A DNA stretch of 64,000 nt, from the NCBI GenBank assembly GCA_963664815.2, contig CAXXHB010000003.1, positions 1,760,001 to 1,824,000 on the forward strand, written 5' to 3'. The position numbers and the translations under genes are program-made. Below are positions 51,271 through 61,521 of this stretch, piece by piece (position 1 is the first letter of the stretch; the number at the start of each line of letters is the position of its first letter). The stretch comes from Spirochaetota bacterium. Lineage in GTDB: Bacteria; Spirochaetota; UBA4802; UBA5550. Under the pieces are notes generated by a model. That model made no database searches, was not told the DNA's origin, and saw only the letters and a program-made list of their open reading frames with translations.

Positions 51271-52764
51271 ATGTCCCTAATCCAATGCCCTGAATGCAAC
51301 AGCAGAATATCCGACAAAGCCGAGGCATGTCCTCATTGCGGTTTGCCTTCTACTTATTTCAAATCTATGCAGTCAAACGCCAGTTATGTTGCAGATTCAA
51401 ATATCTTCCCTGCTGTTAACATTTCAGATATAAAAGAAATCCTTCCCGGATTTATAAAAGATTATAAAAAAGTTTTCATTAAAGATAAATATATCACATC
51501 TCAGGAACAGAAGTTTCTCCTGGCCAGGTATGGCCAATGTTCAGATATTATTCCTGAAGCTGATCTATTTAAACTTATAGAAGATTTAACCACCGATCTT
51601 AAAATTGATATTGAAGATGTTAACAAATACCTCGATTGTCTGCTTAACCTAAAAGATTCAATCAGCAACCATAATGACAGATTCCTTGATTCAAAGCTTG
51701 TGGAACACAAAGATTATTTTGATACTATCCTTGCCCCCATTGATAAAACAATAACGCTTGATGACGAGCAGAGACGGGCGATCCTTATTGATGAATCTCA
51801 TTGTCTTATCATTGCCGGTGCTGGTGCCGGTAAAACCACCACAATGGCTGCAAAGGTTAAATACCTTATTGATAAGCAGAGGATCGATCCAAAGGATATA
51901 TTTGTCATATCATATACCAATAAAGCAATAGATGAACTGAAATACAGGATCAACAGACGTCTTAATCTTCCTGTTAAAATATCTACTTTTCACGCTTTCG
52001 GTTTTGAGATAATACGGGATGTAAAGCCTGTAATCCCGCAGGTCTCTTTCCAGGCATATGATATTATATATGATTATATTTATAAAAAGGTCTTTGATAA
52101 TAAAAGACTGCTTAAAAACCTGCTGCTTTTTTTAGGCTATTATTTTGATATCCCCCATGAAATGATGCAGTTCTCATCCCTGAAAGAGTATGCTATATAC
52201 AAGGGAAACCTTGATTATGAAACAATAAAAAGCAGGCTTGGCGAATATGTCTATGAAACAGCAAGTTCAAGGTCAGGGAAGAAGCGTACTATAACTGGAG
52301 AGTTTTTGAGATCAATCCAGGAAGTTCAAATAGCGAACTTCCTATACATGCACAGCATCGATTATGAATACGAGAAACCTTATCCCCATTCAATACCTGG
52401 CGCTAAAAAGAGTTATACCCCTGACTTTTACATCTGGCAGGATGATAAACAGGTATACCTTGAGCATTACGGCATATCAGAAAACTACCAGAGCGATATT
52501 TACGATAAACATCAGATAGATAAATATACAAGGGCTATTGTTGACAAAAGGAAACTGCATAGAGAAAACAATACGGTGCTGGTTGAAACATGGAGCAGGT
52601 ACAATGACGAACGTAAGTTACTTGGTCATCTACAGGAGATACTGGAAAATCACGGTTTTATTCTCAAAGAGAGGAACCACGAAGAGGTATACCGTAAACT
52701 GACCGAAACAGCACATGATAAATATGTGTATAGACTGGTAATGTTTATTTGCGTGCAAAATTAA
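51271..52764 (+). pseudogene. Zinc-ribbon plus UvrD/helicase IV-like helicase with PD-(D/E)XK-like insert, 3'-truncated
   Basis: CPEC..CPHC, AGAGAGKT, SYTNKA, STFH, YTPDF and LEHYG; Walker B and later helicase motifs missing. Confidence 0.75.
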
Positions 52765-52928
52765 AAAGCTTCATGTGCAGTTAAGTATAAAATAAAACAA
52801 AAACTTTGTCAATCCTTGATTTAATTTTCTAAAAATCCAATGCAAAACTGAAAATTCATAAAAAAATATTTACTTTTCAGAATGCTCTATATACAAATAA
52901 ACCATATTAAAAAAACGAGGATAAAATA

Positions 52929-53936
52929 ATGAAGCGGTTAACGATCATTACAGGAAATAATGCGTTCGTTAAATTTCTAGTTTTTATTGGCATGTTTTTT
53001 TGTCTTTTATTGTATGGATGTGACAATAGCTCAAGTGATAATACCTTAAGTTCTGGATATTATATTCACGGAGTTGCGGCAAAAGGAGCAGTTCTTCCAA
53101 AGGGAAGTCGGGTTGAATTAAGGTCAGCAGCAGTAGATGGTATACCTTCGGAAATTAAGAAAACTACAGTCAGTGATGACAATGGTAGTTATTCTATTGA
53201 TGTCACTGGTTTAACAAAGCCTTTTCTAATAAGAGTTCTTGATGAAAGTACAGGTACATGGTATTACAGTTATACAGAGAGTAGCCAATCAATTGCTAAT
53301 GTTAATCCCTTAACAGATGCTATAATTAAAAGTTTTTACATAAATTCATCTACAATATCAAACAGCATAGAATCTACATGGAGCACTGGCTATTATAATA
53401 ATACTGTCGATATGAATGGTAACCCCGTCCCTGCTAACACTCCAATTGTGATGCCAGACGTTAATAGTATTTTAAAAATTAAGAACATTTTGATTAATTG
53501 CGTTTCATTATGGTATGGAATAACTGTTACAGATGATTTATTTACTACCAATTGGGTAGTTGGAGAAGGTTATGATGCAATTCTTGATTCAATGGGCATA
53601 AATTCTACTTATGCCACAACAATTACCAACAATGCATCAACTTATCCAAATTATGTTTCTTCTTATTATGTGTATACAACAATTGAAAATTCTAAAATTT
53701 ATCTGAATTGCAAAATTTTAACAACTGGTTCAATTGTTAGAACTATGATCGCGAACAACGAAAGTTTGACATTAATTTCTACAGATAGTAATGGTGTTCA
53801 TACATTCACTGGTAAAATTGATATAACATCTTGGTTAAATGATTCCGGGTTGGCTGTATCGGATTATAATACTACATTTTTCGAAATTGATGGGGTTGCC
53901 ACAACTCCTTACGCATTTGTATTGTTACATAAGTAA
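52929..53936 (+). CDS. Ser/Thr/Asn-rich lipoprotein, prophage moron
   Basis: LLYGC lipobox; GVAAKGA and NVNPLT; opposite strand to the phage genes; own RBS and terminator. Confidence 0.75.
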   Translation: MKRLTIITGNNAFVKFLVFIGMFFCLLLYGCDNSSSDNTLSSGYYIHGVAAKGAVLPKGSRVELRSAAVDGIPSEIKKTTVSDDNGSYSIDVTGLTKPFLIRVLDESTGTWYYSYTESSQSIANVNPLTDAIIKSFYINSSTISNSIESTWSTGYYNNTVDMNGNPVPANTPIVMPDVNSILKIKNILINCVSLWYGITVTDDLFTTNWVVGEGYDAILDSMGINSTYATTITNNASTYPNYVSSYYVYTTIENSKIYLNCKILTTGSIVRTMIANNESLTLISTDSNGVHTFTGKIDITSWLNDSGLAVSDYNTTFFEIDGVATTPYAFVLLHK

Positions 53937-53937
53937 T

Positions 53938-53980
53938 TTAGATTTAAAAGTCCTTCATAACGAAGGACTTTTAAATCTAA
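53938..53980. terminator. 19-bp perfect hairpin between convergent genes
   Basis: TTAGATTTAAAAGTCCTTC-ATAAC-GAAGGACTTTTAAATCTAA. Confidence 0.8.
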
Positions 53981-54030
53981 TGGGTTATAACCGCATACTA
54001 TAGCAAACTATAACTAACGAAAAGTATTGT

Positions 54031-54789
54031 TCAAGAGGCTTTCCTAATAATTAATTCAGAACCAGTAGTCTTTTCTGTACCGACTGAATAATTCAGTTTA
54101 ACAGGCTTAAGCTCGAAATCCTTAAATACTTCTCTCATTTTAGGATGATCATTAAGACTTAGAATGAACGAACCTTTTATAGTTTTCAATACTTCTCCTA
54201 ATTTCACAAAATCCTCATATTCAAAATTGTGTTTATAGCATGGAGCTTCAAAATAAGGAGGATCAAGATAAAAAAACGTTTCAACACGATCATATCTTTT
54301 AATGAAATCCTCCCAAGAGAGATTTTCAATCATTACATCAATCAACCGTAAATGTACTTCTGAAAGTTCTTCTTCAAGGCGTAATAAATTTATCCTTCGT
54401 GGTCGATCAGGACTTACTCCAAAATTTCTTGATGAAACTTTTCCGCCGAAACATAGCCGTTGAAGATAATAATATCTGGCAGCTCGTTGTATATCTGTTA
54501 ATCCGGGGCCTTCCAATTGTTTTTTCCAATCGTTAAATTGTTCGCGAGATTGCAATAACCATTTGAATTGCCTTAAAAACTCTTCTAAATGATTCTGAAG
54601 TACGCGATAAAATGATATCAGGTCACTGTCTAAATCATTGATTATCTCACTTTTTGATGGATCTTTTCTAAAAAACACCCATCCGGCCCCTGCAAAAACT
54701 TCACAATAAATCTTGTGGTCAGGAATCATCCCAATAATCTGTTTTGAAAGGATACTCTTGCCACCTACATAAACAAGCGGACTTTTCAT
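54031..54789 (-). CDS. D12-class N6-adenine DNA methyltransferase (phage Dam-like)
   Basis: YVGGKS, EVFAGAG, INDLD and YLDPPY. Confidence 0.93.
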   Translation of the reverse strand: MKSPLVYVGGKSILSKQIIGMIPDHKIYCEVFAGAGWVFFRKDPSKSEIINDLDSDLISFYRVLQNHLEEFLRQFKWLLQSREQFNDWKKQLEGPGLTDIQRAARYYYLQRLCFGGKVSSRNFGVSPDRPRRINLLRLEEELSEVHLRLIDVMIENLSWEDFIKRYDRVETFFYLDPPYFEAPCYKHNFEYEDFVKLGEVLKTIKGSFILSLNDHPKMREVFKDFELKPVKLNYSVGTEKTTGSELIIRKAS

Positions 54790-54796
54790 ATATTTT

Positions 54797-54909
54797 TACT
54801 CTCCTCTTTAAGTGTAATGTGCCGATTAATACGGAGAGTAGCAGCTTGCTGTGATCCGTGCGTCTACACGGGTCGCCGGGGATCTTCGAAATCCCCGGCT
54901 GCTCACTCT
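54797..54909. ncRNA. Structured multi-stem RNA element in the methylase leader
   Basis: Stems GATCCGTG/CACGGGTC and GCCGGGGAT/ATCCCCGGC closed by AGAGTAGCAGC/GCTGCTCACTCT; GGAGAGTA/TACTCTCC covers the RBS. Confidence 0.6.
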
Positions 54910-54918
54910 ATTATTTTG

Positions 54919-55209
54919 TTACATCACTTGCTGATGTGCTTCCTTTGACATCTGTTCTTTTATTAAATAATGTCTATCCTTGCTGAATTTAAAAATCATA
55001 TTCTCTGTCGGTATTTCAACTCTCGATTCATCAAATAGAATGAACCAACGCCCAGAGTTTTGAGTTCTTGGTGTAAACATTGGCAAATTTGAACCAGGAA
55101 CTGTGCTCATAAATCCTGATGATTCATCGATCATTCCGTCACCTTTAACTTGTTTAAGTTTTCTCCAAAAAATACCATTCGTTTTCTTGTAGTAGACTGT
55201 ATATGTCAT
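54919..55209 (-). CDS. Phage hypothetical protein
   Basis: GGAGG RBS before ATG 55209; lies in the tail operon. Confidence 0.7.
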   Translation of the reverse strand: MTYTVYYKKTNGIFWRKLKQVKGDGMIDESSGFMSTVPGSNLPMFTPRTQNSGRWFILFDESRVEIPTENMIFKFSKDRHYLIKEQMSKEAHQQVM

Positions 55210-55210
55210 T

Positions 55211-55501
55211 TTACACCTCCGATGTATTTGCAAATTCTGGACGCTGCATTATTTGCTGATAGCAGATTGCAAGTATATTAACATCTGTTTTAAGTGCAGG
55301 TTCAAATATTGTATCATAGTCACTTATTTTATTCATTGAATCATTCTTTACAGTAAATCTGATATCTCGTGCAAGTATCTCTGATTTATCTGAATCTTTA
55401 TAAACGGTTAAATAATAATCGACTGTTTTTGTATCCTTCATAACATCTACCCTCTCAATACGGGTGTAGGAATCAGCAGTAATATATCCCTTAATTGCCA
55501 T
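55211..55501 (-). CDS. Phage protein, possible tail fibre chaperone
   Basis: Directly follows the fibre gene; AGGAG RBS. Confidence 0.6.
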   Translation of the reverse strand: MAIKGYITADSYTRIERVDVMKDTKTVDYYLTVYKDSDKSEILARDIRFTVKNDSMNKISDYDTIFEPALKTDVNILAICYQQIMQRPEFANTSEV

Positions 55502-55513
55502 AGATTATCTCCT

Positions 55514-56950
55514 TTATTTAATTCTCATTATATATGCAGCTGTTAGGTATTTTGGAAGAATAGAAAAAGCATTTCCAGTTCCTGATGTGATGGTAGTTCC
55601 ACTAAAACTATGTGTATGTCTGGCAGACGCACCGCCAGTAGAATACATATCTGAATATCCCTGAGTTCGGTATGGATAGCCGCTGCCCGCAGTTCCATCT
55701 GTCTCATTTGTTCCAAAACTATGTGCATGGTCTGGGCTATCTGCACCAGTAGTTCCACTAAAACTGTGTGTGTGAGCTGGTAATTCTGCAATTGTCAAAG
55801 TAACAGTATTACTTCCGCCTATAACACCGATGCCAGCGAGAGGACTTCCCATTATAAATCTTGAATCTGTTAAATTGGGAAGATATCTGCCTGAGCCATT
55901 GAAAAGTGGACTTTCAATATCATAACACAATGAGCCATTACACACTTTCCAATTATTTGGAATGGATAATGATATTGCAGTAAAACCTGCATTTGATCCA
56001 TTGGTGAAATATCCTGGTATGTAAGCAGCTATTGTGGCAATGGGAGTAATATCTGAGGAACAGTAACCATTCAGTTTTTTAGCATCATCAGATATTGTAT
56101 CCTCTACCGCATACTTCCCTCTGTTACCATAAACTTTATAAATTGAAACAACAGAAGAAGCTGATGGAATTTCAATGCTTACTGTTAGTTCTGTAGGATT
56201 ACTATTCAATAATGCAGATAATTCGATAGTTTCTACTGCACCAGTTCCAGTGAGTGTTTTTGAAGTAACATTTACTCCATCAGTCAATTTCAGAATAACT
56301 CCTGCAGGGCCTTTTACCAGAAATTTTAAAGTAAAATCAGATCCAGAAAGATATTTAGCCCAGTTAAAAAATCCGCTCAGTGTCTGTTTGAAAATACGGT
56401 TTGATGTACCATCTGAACTGCTTTGTATTTTGCAGCACAAATTGGTTGTATCATATCCGATTTTGCCGTCCGAGCCTCCATCTGTATATGCCCATTCATC
56501 AGGTATACCATAATCATACCAATTAGTAATTCCTGTTTTACTGCTGTAATATTTGAATTCACCATTTGAAACTAGATTCCTTTGTGATGCAGCATATATC
56601 CTGTTAAGTAAATTAGTTGATAGCGCAGCATCATCTCCCAAGGCGGTTGCTATTTCATTTAATGTATTTAATGCTGATGGAGCTCCTCCTATCAATGCAG
56701 ATATAACATTATCGATATATGTTTTAGCTGCTTTTTGACTGGCAATCTTCAAATCTGAATTTGATGATAAAGCTCCATCAGTATCAATAGAGGCGCCACC
56801 AAGTTTATCTATTTCAGTTTTAAGATAATTATCATTACTGTAAAGTCTGACAAACTCGCTATTAAAAGTTGATCCCCTGGCCAAGGTACCTGTTGAGGTA
56901 TCTCTGCCATCCTTATATTCTGTAATTTGATTCCCGTTAAATTCTCCCAT
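55514..56950 (-). CDS. Phage tail fibre protein with collar-like domain
   Basis: APSALNTLNEIATALGDD, WKVCNG, LPNL..RF and HTHSFSGTT repeats. Confidence 0.85.
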   Translation of the reverse strand: MGEFNGNQITEYKDGRDTSTGTLARGSTFNSEFVRLYSNDNYLKTEIDKLGGASIDTDGALSSNSDLKIASQKAAKTYIDNVISALIGGAPSALNTLNEIATALGDDAALSTNLLNRIYAASQRNLVSNGEFKYYSSKTGITNWYDYGIPDEWAYTDGGSDGKIGYDTTNLCCKIQSSSDGTSNRIFKQTLSGFFNWAKYLSGSDFTLKFLVKGPAGVILKLTDGVNVTSKTLTGTGAVETIELSALLNSNPTELTVSIEIPSASSVVSIYKVYGNRGKYAVEDTISDDAKKLNGYCSSDITPIATIAAYIPGYFTNGSNAGFTAISLSIPNNWKVCNGSLCYDIESPLFNGSGRYLPNLTDSRFIMGSPLAGIGVIGGSNTVTLTIAELPAHTHSFSGTTGADSPDHAHSFGTNETDGTAGSGYPYRTQGYSDMYSTGGASARHTHSFSGTTITSGTGNAFSILPKYLTAAYIMRIK

Positions 56951-56956
56951 ATATTT

Positions 56957-57583
56957 TTATTCCTCCGTTCTGATCCTGAATTTTATTCCTCCTCCTTTGC
57001 AGGAGTTTATGATCTCTGAAATGAAAGTTAAAGTTGTGTTTGAAAGTGTATTTGAAAATACTACTTCAAAAAAACGCGGCTGGCATATATCTCCGGCAAG
57101 ATAAAAACTGCCATTCAGATATTCCTCACCGTTTAAATAAACTGAATCCGGATTGTTGATATCACCGGAAATGTATCCTGATCCATCAAGATATACACTC
57201 CCATCCAGCCAAAATGCATCTTCAAGTTCTGGCTCATTCATGTCTCGAGTATATTGGAATTCATCCTCAGCGAGTAGCCGGCATATCTCATTCAGATCAG
57301 GTATTGATCCGCTGCATTGATATTTACGTATTGCGACAAACAGATACAGTATATATTTGTCATCACCCCATCCCTGACGTTTCTGTCTGAGTATCTTGCC
57401 GATCATATCAAGAACAGCACCTGAGTTGCTTTTTATATCACTCATAAGTTTGAGCTTTGCAAAAACTTCATCAAGTTCATCCATGAAATATGAAAACAGT
57501 TTCCAGAATTTATAGTTATTTGAACTTGAACCAATTGCGAATATCGAATCTGGTAATTTTTCTATGAGGTCAATATTACTCAT
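56957..57583 (-). CDS. Baseplate wedge protein (gpI/DUF2612-like)
   Basis: GAVLDMIGKIL and LDGS..LDGS repeats; follows baseplate J. Confidence 0.7.
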   Translation of the reverse strand: MSNIDLIEKLPDSIFAIGSSSNNYKFWKLFSYFMDELDEVFAKLKLMSDIKSNSGAVLDMIGKILRQKRQGWGDDKYILYLFVAIRKYQCSGSIPDLNEICRLLAEDEFQYTRDMNEPELEDAFWLDGSVYLDGSGYISGDINNPDSVYLNGEEYLNGSFYLAGDICQPRFFEVVFSNTLSNTTLTFISEIINSCKGGGIKFRIRTEE

Positions 57584-58733
57584 ATACAATAACCACCTTG
57601 TCAGATGTAGTTTTAAGTATCTGCCTGACACCTGGTGCAATTTTATCTGAGGAAGCTGTTGAAGCAGAAAGCCCTAAATATGCCTTAACGTTTTCAAGTC
57701 CTTCTATATCTTGAAGTAAACTGCAGAGTTTCCATCCGTAAGCTGTACCGGCAATTATAAGATTATTGATATATTTAACCGCATCAGATTTGATATTGCT
57801 TTCATAGGTATTGTCAAATTTAGAATTTACTGAAAGCACATACTTGATATAAACCTGGGCTTCTTCCGGGCGTGAAAACTTTATAGTATGATTTTTGCCC
57901 TGGGAATCAGCTACTGTTTTTGAAACATTTCCATATGTATTAATCCCTGCAGATTTCTGTGTCATTATTGTTTCTGCAATTGTATCTTCATCTCCTCCGG
58001 ATACTATTAACTCTATAGCACCTGCAGGGAGCCCGTTTGCATCGGTATAATTTTCAACATTTTCATAACCAATGGCTTCAGAGACTTCAGATATATTAAG
58101 TATTTCAGCCCGGATAGCTTCGAGCGCAGATCCCGAAGCAAGTTGTGTGGAGTCATATCTGTCTTTAAGTTCATAGTCAGTTTCTACAACCCGGCCGCCT
58201 GTGAATGCCGATGGATTTGTTACAGAACTTATTCCTGATACTGGTGTTTTAATTTTTATAATGCTGCCGGCAGGAACATTTCCGGATGTTCCTTCTACAG
58301 TACATACTGCAGCAATAGTTACATTTCCCTCACTGTCTGTAGTCCCGATAACTGTAGTCTGAAAGATAATACCTTGTTCTGTCTCGGCCTGGGTTCCTAT
58401 GGAGACCGGTGAATATGGATCTCCTGTAAATTTTAGATATCCACCAGCTGCCTGTTCATCTTTTCTTGTGACCAAGCCAAGCTTTGTCAGTCTGTTTAAT
58501 GGAACGCCCTCTGCAACATCGATGTCAAATGAATAATAAACATCCTCAGCAAGCTGCCACTGATTACTCAATGCCCAGGCCATGAGTTTTACCTCTGCAC
58601 CTATAGGACTTTCATCTGAAAGATCAATCGACTCTCCAAAATATTCTGCAGACTGTGCCTTTGCCTGCACTTCAGACAGAAGTGTATCATATGTTTTGCG
58701 GACAAATCCCGCTGCTGTTACTCCATAGCTCAT
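57576..58733 (-). CDS. Baseplate J/gp47 family protein
   Basis: YGVTAAGF, AEGVPL, GNVPAG, GGRVVETD.EL and AGINTYG. Confidence 0.92.
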   Translation of the reverse strand: MSYGVTAAGFVRKTYDTLLSEVQAKAQSAEYFGESIDLSDESPIGAEVKLMAWALSNQWQLAEDVYYSFDIDVAEGVPLNRLTKLGLVTRKDEQAAGGYLKFTGDPYSPVSIGTQAETEQGIIFQTTVIGTTDSEGNVTIAAVCTVEGTSGNVPAGSIIKIKTPVSGISSVTNPSAFTGGRVVETDYELKDRYDSTQLASGSALEAIRAEILNISEVSEAIGYENVENYTDANGLPAGAIELIVSGGDEDTIAETIMTQKSAGINTYGNVSKTVADSQGKNHTIKFSRPEEAQVYIKYVLSVNSKFDNTYESNIKSDAVKYINNLIIAGTAYGWKLCSLLQDIEGLENVKAYLGLSASTASSDKIAPGVRQILKTTSDKVVIVYE

Positions 58734-59077
58734 ACCGTTCCAGATACCTCCCCATAAATTGAATCAACCTTAAAATCAACTGTCATGGTTCTTTCCGATC
58801 GATCTGCAGTTATTTTTATACTCTCAACTGCTTTCACTTCTGAATCACTCTGAAGAATGTTCAAAATTCTGGAATATATTGCTCTTTTCGAAACTGACTT
58901 ATATTGTAATATCTCCATCCATTCTATACCTTTGTCAGTATCAAGAAACCATGAACCTTTATCCAGACGAATCGCATTCTGAAGCCTCTGTGCAAGACAA
59001 TTCCCATCAGACACCATTACAGCACTGCCCGAGGTTATTATCCTGTCACCATTTGCATCGAGTTTAAAAGTCATCAT
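58730..59077 (-). CDS. Baseplate wedge/sheath initiator (gp46/W-like)
   Basis: KGSWFLDTDKGI and DSIYG. Confidence 0.75.
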   Translation of the reverse strand: MMTFKLDANGDRIITSGSAVMVSDGNCLAQRLQNAIRLDKGSWFLDTDKGIEWMEILQYKSVSKRAIYSRILNILQSDSEVKAVESIKITADRSERTMTVDFKVDSIYGEVSGTV

Positions 59078-59778
59078 GATATTTTGACCTTCTCAGCTTT
59101 GATGGATGAGAGCTGTGTCTGGAGATTTGCAGCAGCAGTTTTAATTGCTGTCAGAGCTGTAGCATTTTCATCAACTGCACCAGGTATGATAGATGATAAT
59201 GCTGCGCAAAAGGTGTTTAGTATAGTCACAAGAGTATTTCCGAGCACTGCAGGCTCAGTTGCATTTAATATTTCAAACATACCATCCCAGGATATCTTTG
59301 TCCCTTTACCAATTATATCAGCTTCAGTGATCTGGAGAGTTAAACCACTATCTTTGTGACCTATAAGTAGCCCTGCATCATTGAATGAATCAGGTGCAGT
59401 CCAGTTTTCTGATGCAATACCATGTGATACACTTGCGTTTTCCCGTGAAAAAATACTGCTCGATGTATTGTCATAACCTTTACTTAATGCATTTTCTATA
59501 CTGAAAGTTGAATATGAAATCCACACCAAATCACCTTTAACATAATTTGGTCTGATGTAAAATCCTCCGGAAAAAAGAAATTGAACCGGGATATCTCCTA
59601 CAACTGCAAATTTTGTGGATGTAGATGCACCAGTAACAGTATATTCAAGTAGAGGTTGTATATCGGCTCTCATCTTTACTTTATCAAATGATTCAATCTT
59701 ACCGATGCATCCGACAATTATATCACGGCTTCTTTTATCCCAAAAACGGTTAAAGAGGTCTATTATTCTCCTGCTCAT
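59074..59778 (-). CDS. Baseplate spike (Gp138-like N-terminal OB domain)
   Basis: GKIESFD, DIQPL, DIPVQF and KGDLV; position in the module. Confidence 0.75.
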   Translation of the reverse strand: MSRRIIDLFNRFWDKRSRDIIVGCIGKIESFDKVKMRADIQPLLEYTVTGASTSTKFAVVGDIPVQFLFSGGFYIRPNYVKGDLVWISYSTFSIENALSKGYDNTSSSIFSRENASVSHGIASENWTAPDSFNDAGLLIGHKDSGLTLQITEADIIGKGTKISWDGMFEILNATEPAVLGNTLVTILNTFCAALSSIIPGAVDENATALTAIKTAAANLQTQLSSIKAEKVKIS

Positions 59779-60569
59779 ATTTTAACCGCCTCAAACTCTG
59801 TACCTGCTTGATTTTTTGATGAAAATTTATGCTTTCCTGAAACTGCCTTGAAAAGCCCCTGAACTTCGTCTCCGTCAACTTCCACAAGACTCCCGGCTCC
59901 AATCTTATACATGAACAATGTTTGAATGCTGTAACCTTTGTCTGTTTTCCTGGCTGATAAAAGACCAGTTCCGGGAGATAAATAAAACGCAGATACAGTG
60001 GAAGAGGATTTTTCTTTAAGAAAATATGCCTGACCATTTTTGAAAAAGAAATCAGACTTAGTGTCATGTTCAAGCTTCTTCATTGCTGTCCGCAGCGGGA
60101 CTCCGGAAAATGAAATACCCCTGCTGTATATTTTTTCTACTTCGAGATCAATTTTAGCTGCTGTTATCCCTACCAGACTTAAACACTGTTTAATTACATC
60201 CCGGGAAGATACTGAACCTTTCCATGACTTATTGATCATAGCTGATGTCCATAAAGATGTTTTATCGGAGATTGTCAGTGAAAGGGTTTTATCAATTCCT
60301 TTGGCAACTTCAAATTTAATTACCTCTCCGGTTACACATGTACCAAAATCCGATTCATAACCTGCATCAATGACTATAGGTGGATAAACGCCTTTTTTCT
60401 TTTCGCAGGCTGCAATAGTTTCGCCTGATGGATTGTATATCACAGCTTTTGTCTGGTTTGAAGATTTTACTGAAAAATCCGTTTCAAATTCCAGTGTAAA
60501 GGGAGGCCCAGTGAGCACCCTCCCGTTAATATCAAATTCGCAATATCTTTTATATAAAGCGTCAGTCAT
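59775..60569 (-). CDS. Baseplate hub protein
   Basis: IYNPS, DAGY and LSPGTGLL; position in the module. Confidence 0.7.
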   Translation of the reverse strand: MTDALYKRYCEFDINGRVLTGPPFTLEFETDFSVKSSNQTKAVIYNPSGETIAACEKKKGVYPPIVIDAGYESDFGTCVTGEVIKFEVAKGIDKTLSLTISDKTSLWTSAMINKSWKGSVSSRDVIKQCLSLVGITAAKIDLEVEKIYSRGISFSGVPLRTAMKKLEHDTKSDFFFKNGQAYFLKEKSSSTVSAFYLSPGTGLLSARKTDKGYSIQTLFMYKIGAGSLVEVDGDEVQGLFKAVSGKHKFSSKNQAGTEFEAVKI

Positions 60570-60895
60570 ATTATACAGATCCTCATTGTATCGAAGTTTT
60601 CAATACTGATCCTCTCAATTGCCGGGATCTCACGCAATGCATCGGAAAGGTTTAATGTTATTATCTTCTTCCTGAGGCTTAAACCAGGGACTACTTCCTG
60701 CAGGGAATTACCAAGATATGCGAGTTTTGAAGAATAAAGAGGAGTTTCATTTTCGTCGAGAATTACAAAGGTATAAAAATCACCAATGCTGTTATAATCG
60801 AAGTTAAATATATAGTTCTCCCCATCAATTTCAAACACCTTCTGAACCGGGAGTTCATCATGTTTTAGCTGGATATATTCAAGATCAATTTGCAT
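60566..60895 (-). CDS. Small baseplate protein
   Basis: Position between the tube-initiator-like gene and the hub. Confidence 0.6.
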   Translation of the reverse strand: MQIDLEYIQLKHDELPVQKVFEIDGENYIFNFDYNSIGDFYTFVILDENETPLYSSKLAYLGNSLQEVVPGLSLRKKIITLNLSDALREIPAIERISIENFDTMRICII

Positions 60896-60897
60896 AA

Positions 60898-61521
60898 TTA
60901 AAATCCAATATTTTCGATTCTATATAAAGTTGATGACTCTTTAACTTCAACTTTTTCAGTTTTTGTTGAAGCCTGGCCTTTTTTTGTCCGGCTTTTTGCT
61001 GCTGTAGGAAGTTTTGCGTTTTTCATCATTGCTTCAGCAATGACTATTTGACGGAGTCCTATACTTACATCAACTCCGCTTCCCGTATCACTTCCCCTGG
61101 TGACATCAACCTTGGTTATTACCATGCTTTTAGCCATGATATCGTAACCGACAGTGATTATTCCTGAAAATACAGGGCCACTGTATGTCACAATCTCACC
61201 GTCATCCCGCCAGTTTTTAAGTCGTTTGATTTTATCCTTAACAGTCATGGTATCTACGGTTAATCCCGAAACAGATTTAGCCGCATTTGCAGCCGTCGCC
61301 ATGAGGTCATTCGCATCGGATAAAAATGTTTTCACTTCCACAGATTCGGGATCTTTGCTTATATGATCGCTGATGATAGTACCATCTTCAACTGCATTGT
61401 CAGTGATCTTAATTGATCCGGATTCAGATTCCGAGGTTACTGGCCCGAGAATCACCGTTTTACCTGATTCTTCTGAAAAGATGCATGGTTTCTCGTTTTT
61501 AAAAAAATCTGCGAGTGACAT
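60898..61521 (-). CDS. Tail tube initiator/Dit-like baseplate protein
   Basis: ITDNAVEDGTIISDH; directly after the tape measure gene. Confidence 0.75.
   Translation of the reverse strand: MSLADFFKNEKPCIFSEESGKTVILGPVTSESESGSIKITDNAVEDGTIISDHISKDPESVEVKTFLSDANDLMATAANAAKSVSGLTVDTMTVKDKIKRLKNWRDDGEIVTYSGPVFSGIITVGYDIMAKSMVITKVDVTRGSDTGSGVDVSIGLRQIVIAEAMMKNAKLPTAAKSRTKKGQASTKTEKVEVKESSTLYRIENIGF

Noticed and set aside
54833-54909. tRNA gene
   Set aside because: No T-loop consensus (GTTCRA), anticodon arm geometry or CCA; kept as a structured leader instead.
55590-55775. DGR template/variable repeat or invertible segment in the tail fibre
   Set aside because: The repeat is only about 25 bp, encodes ordinary HTHSFSGTT motifs, and there is no reverse transcriptase or invertase in the window.
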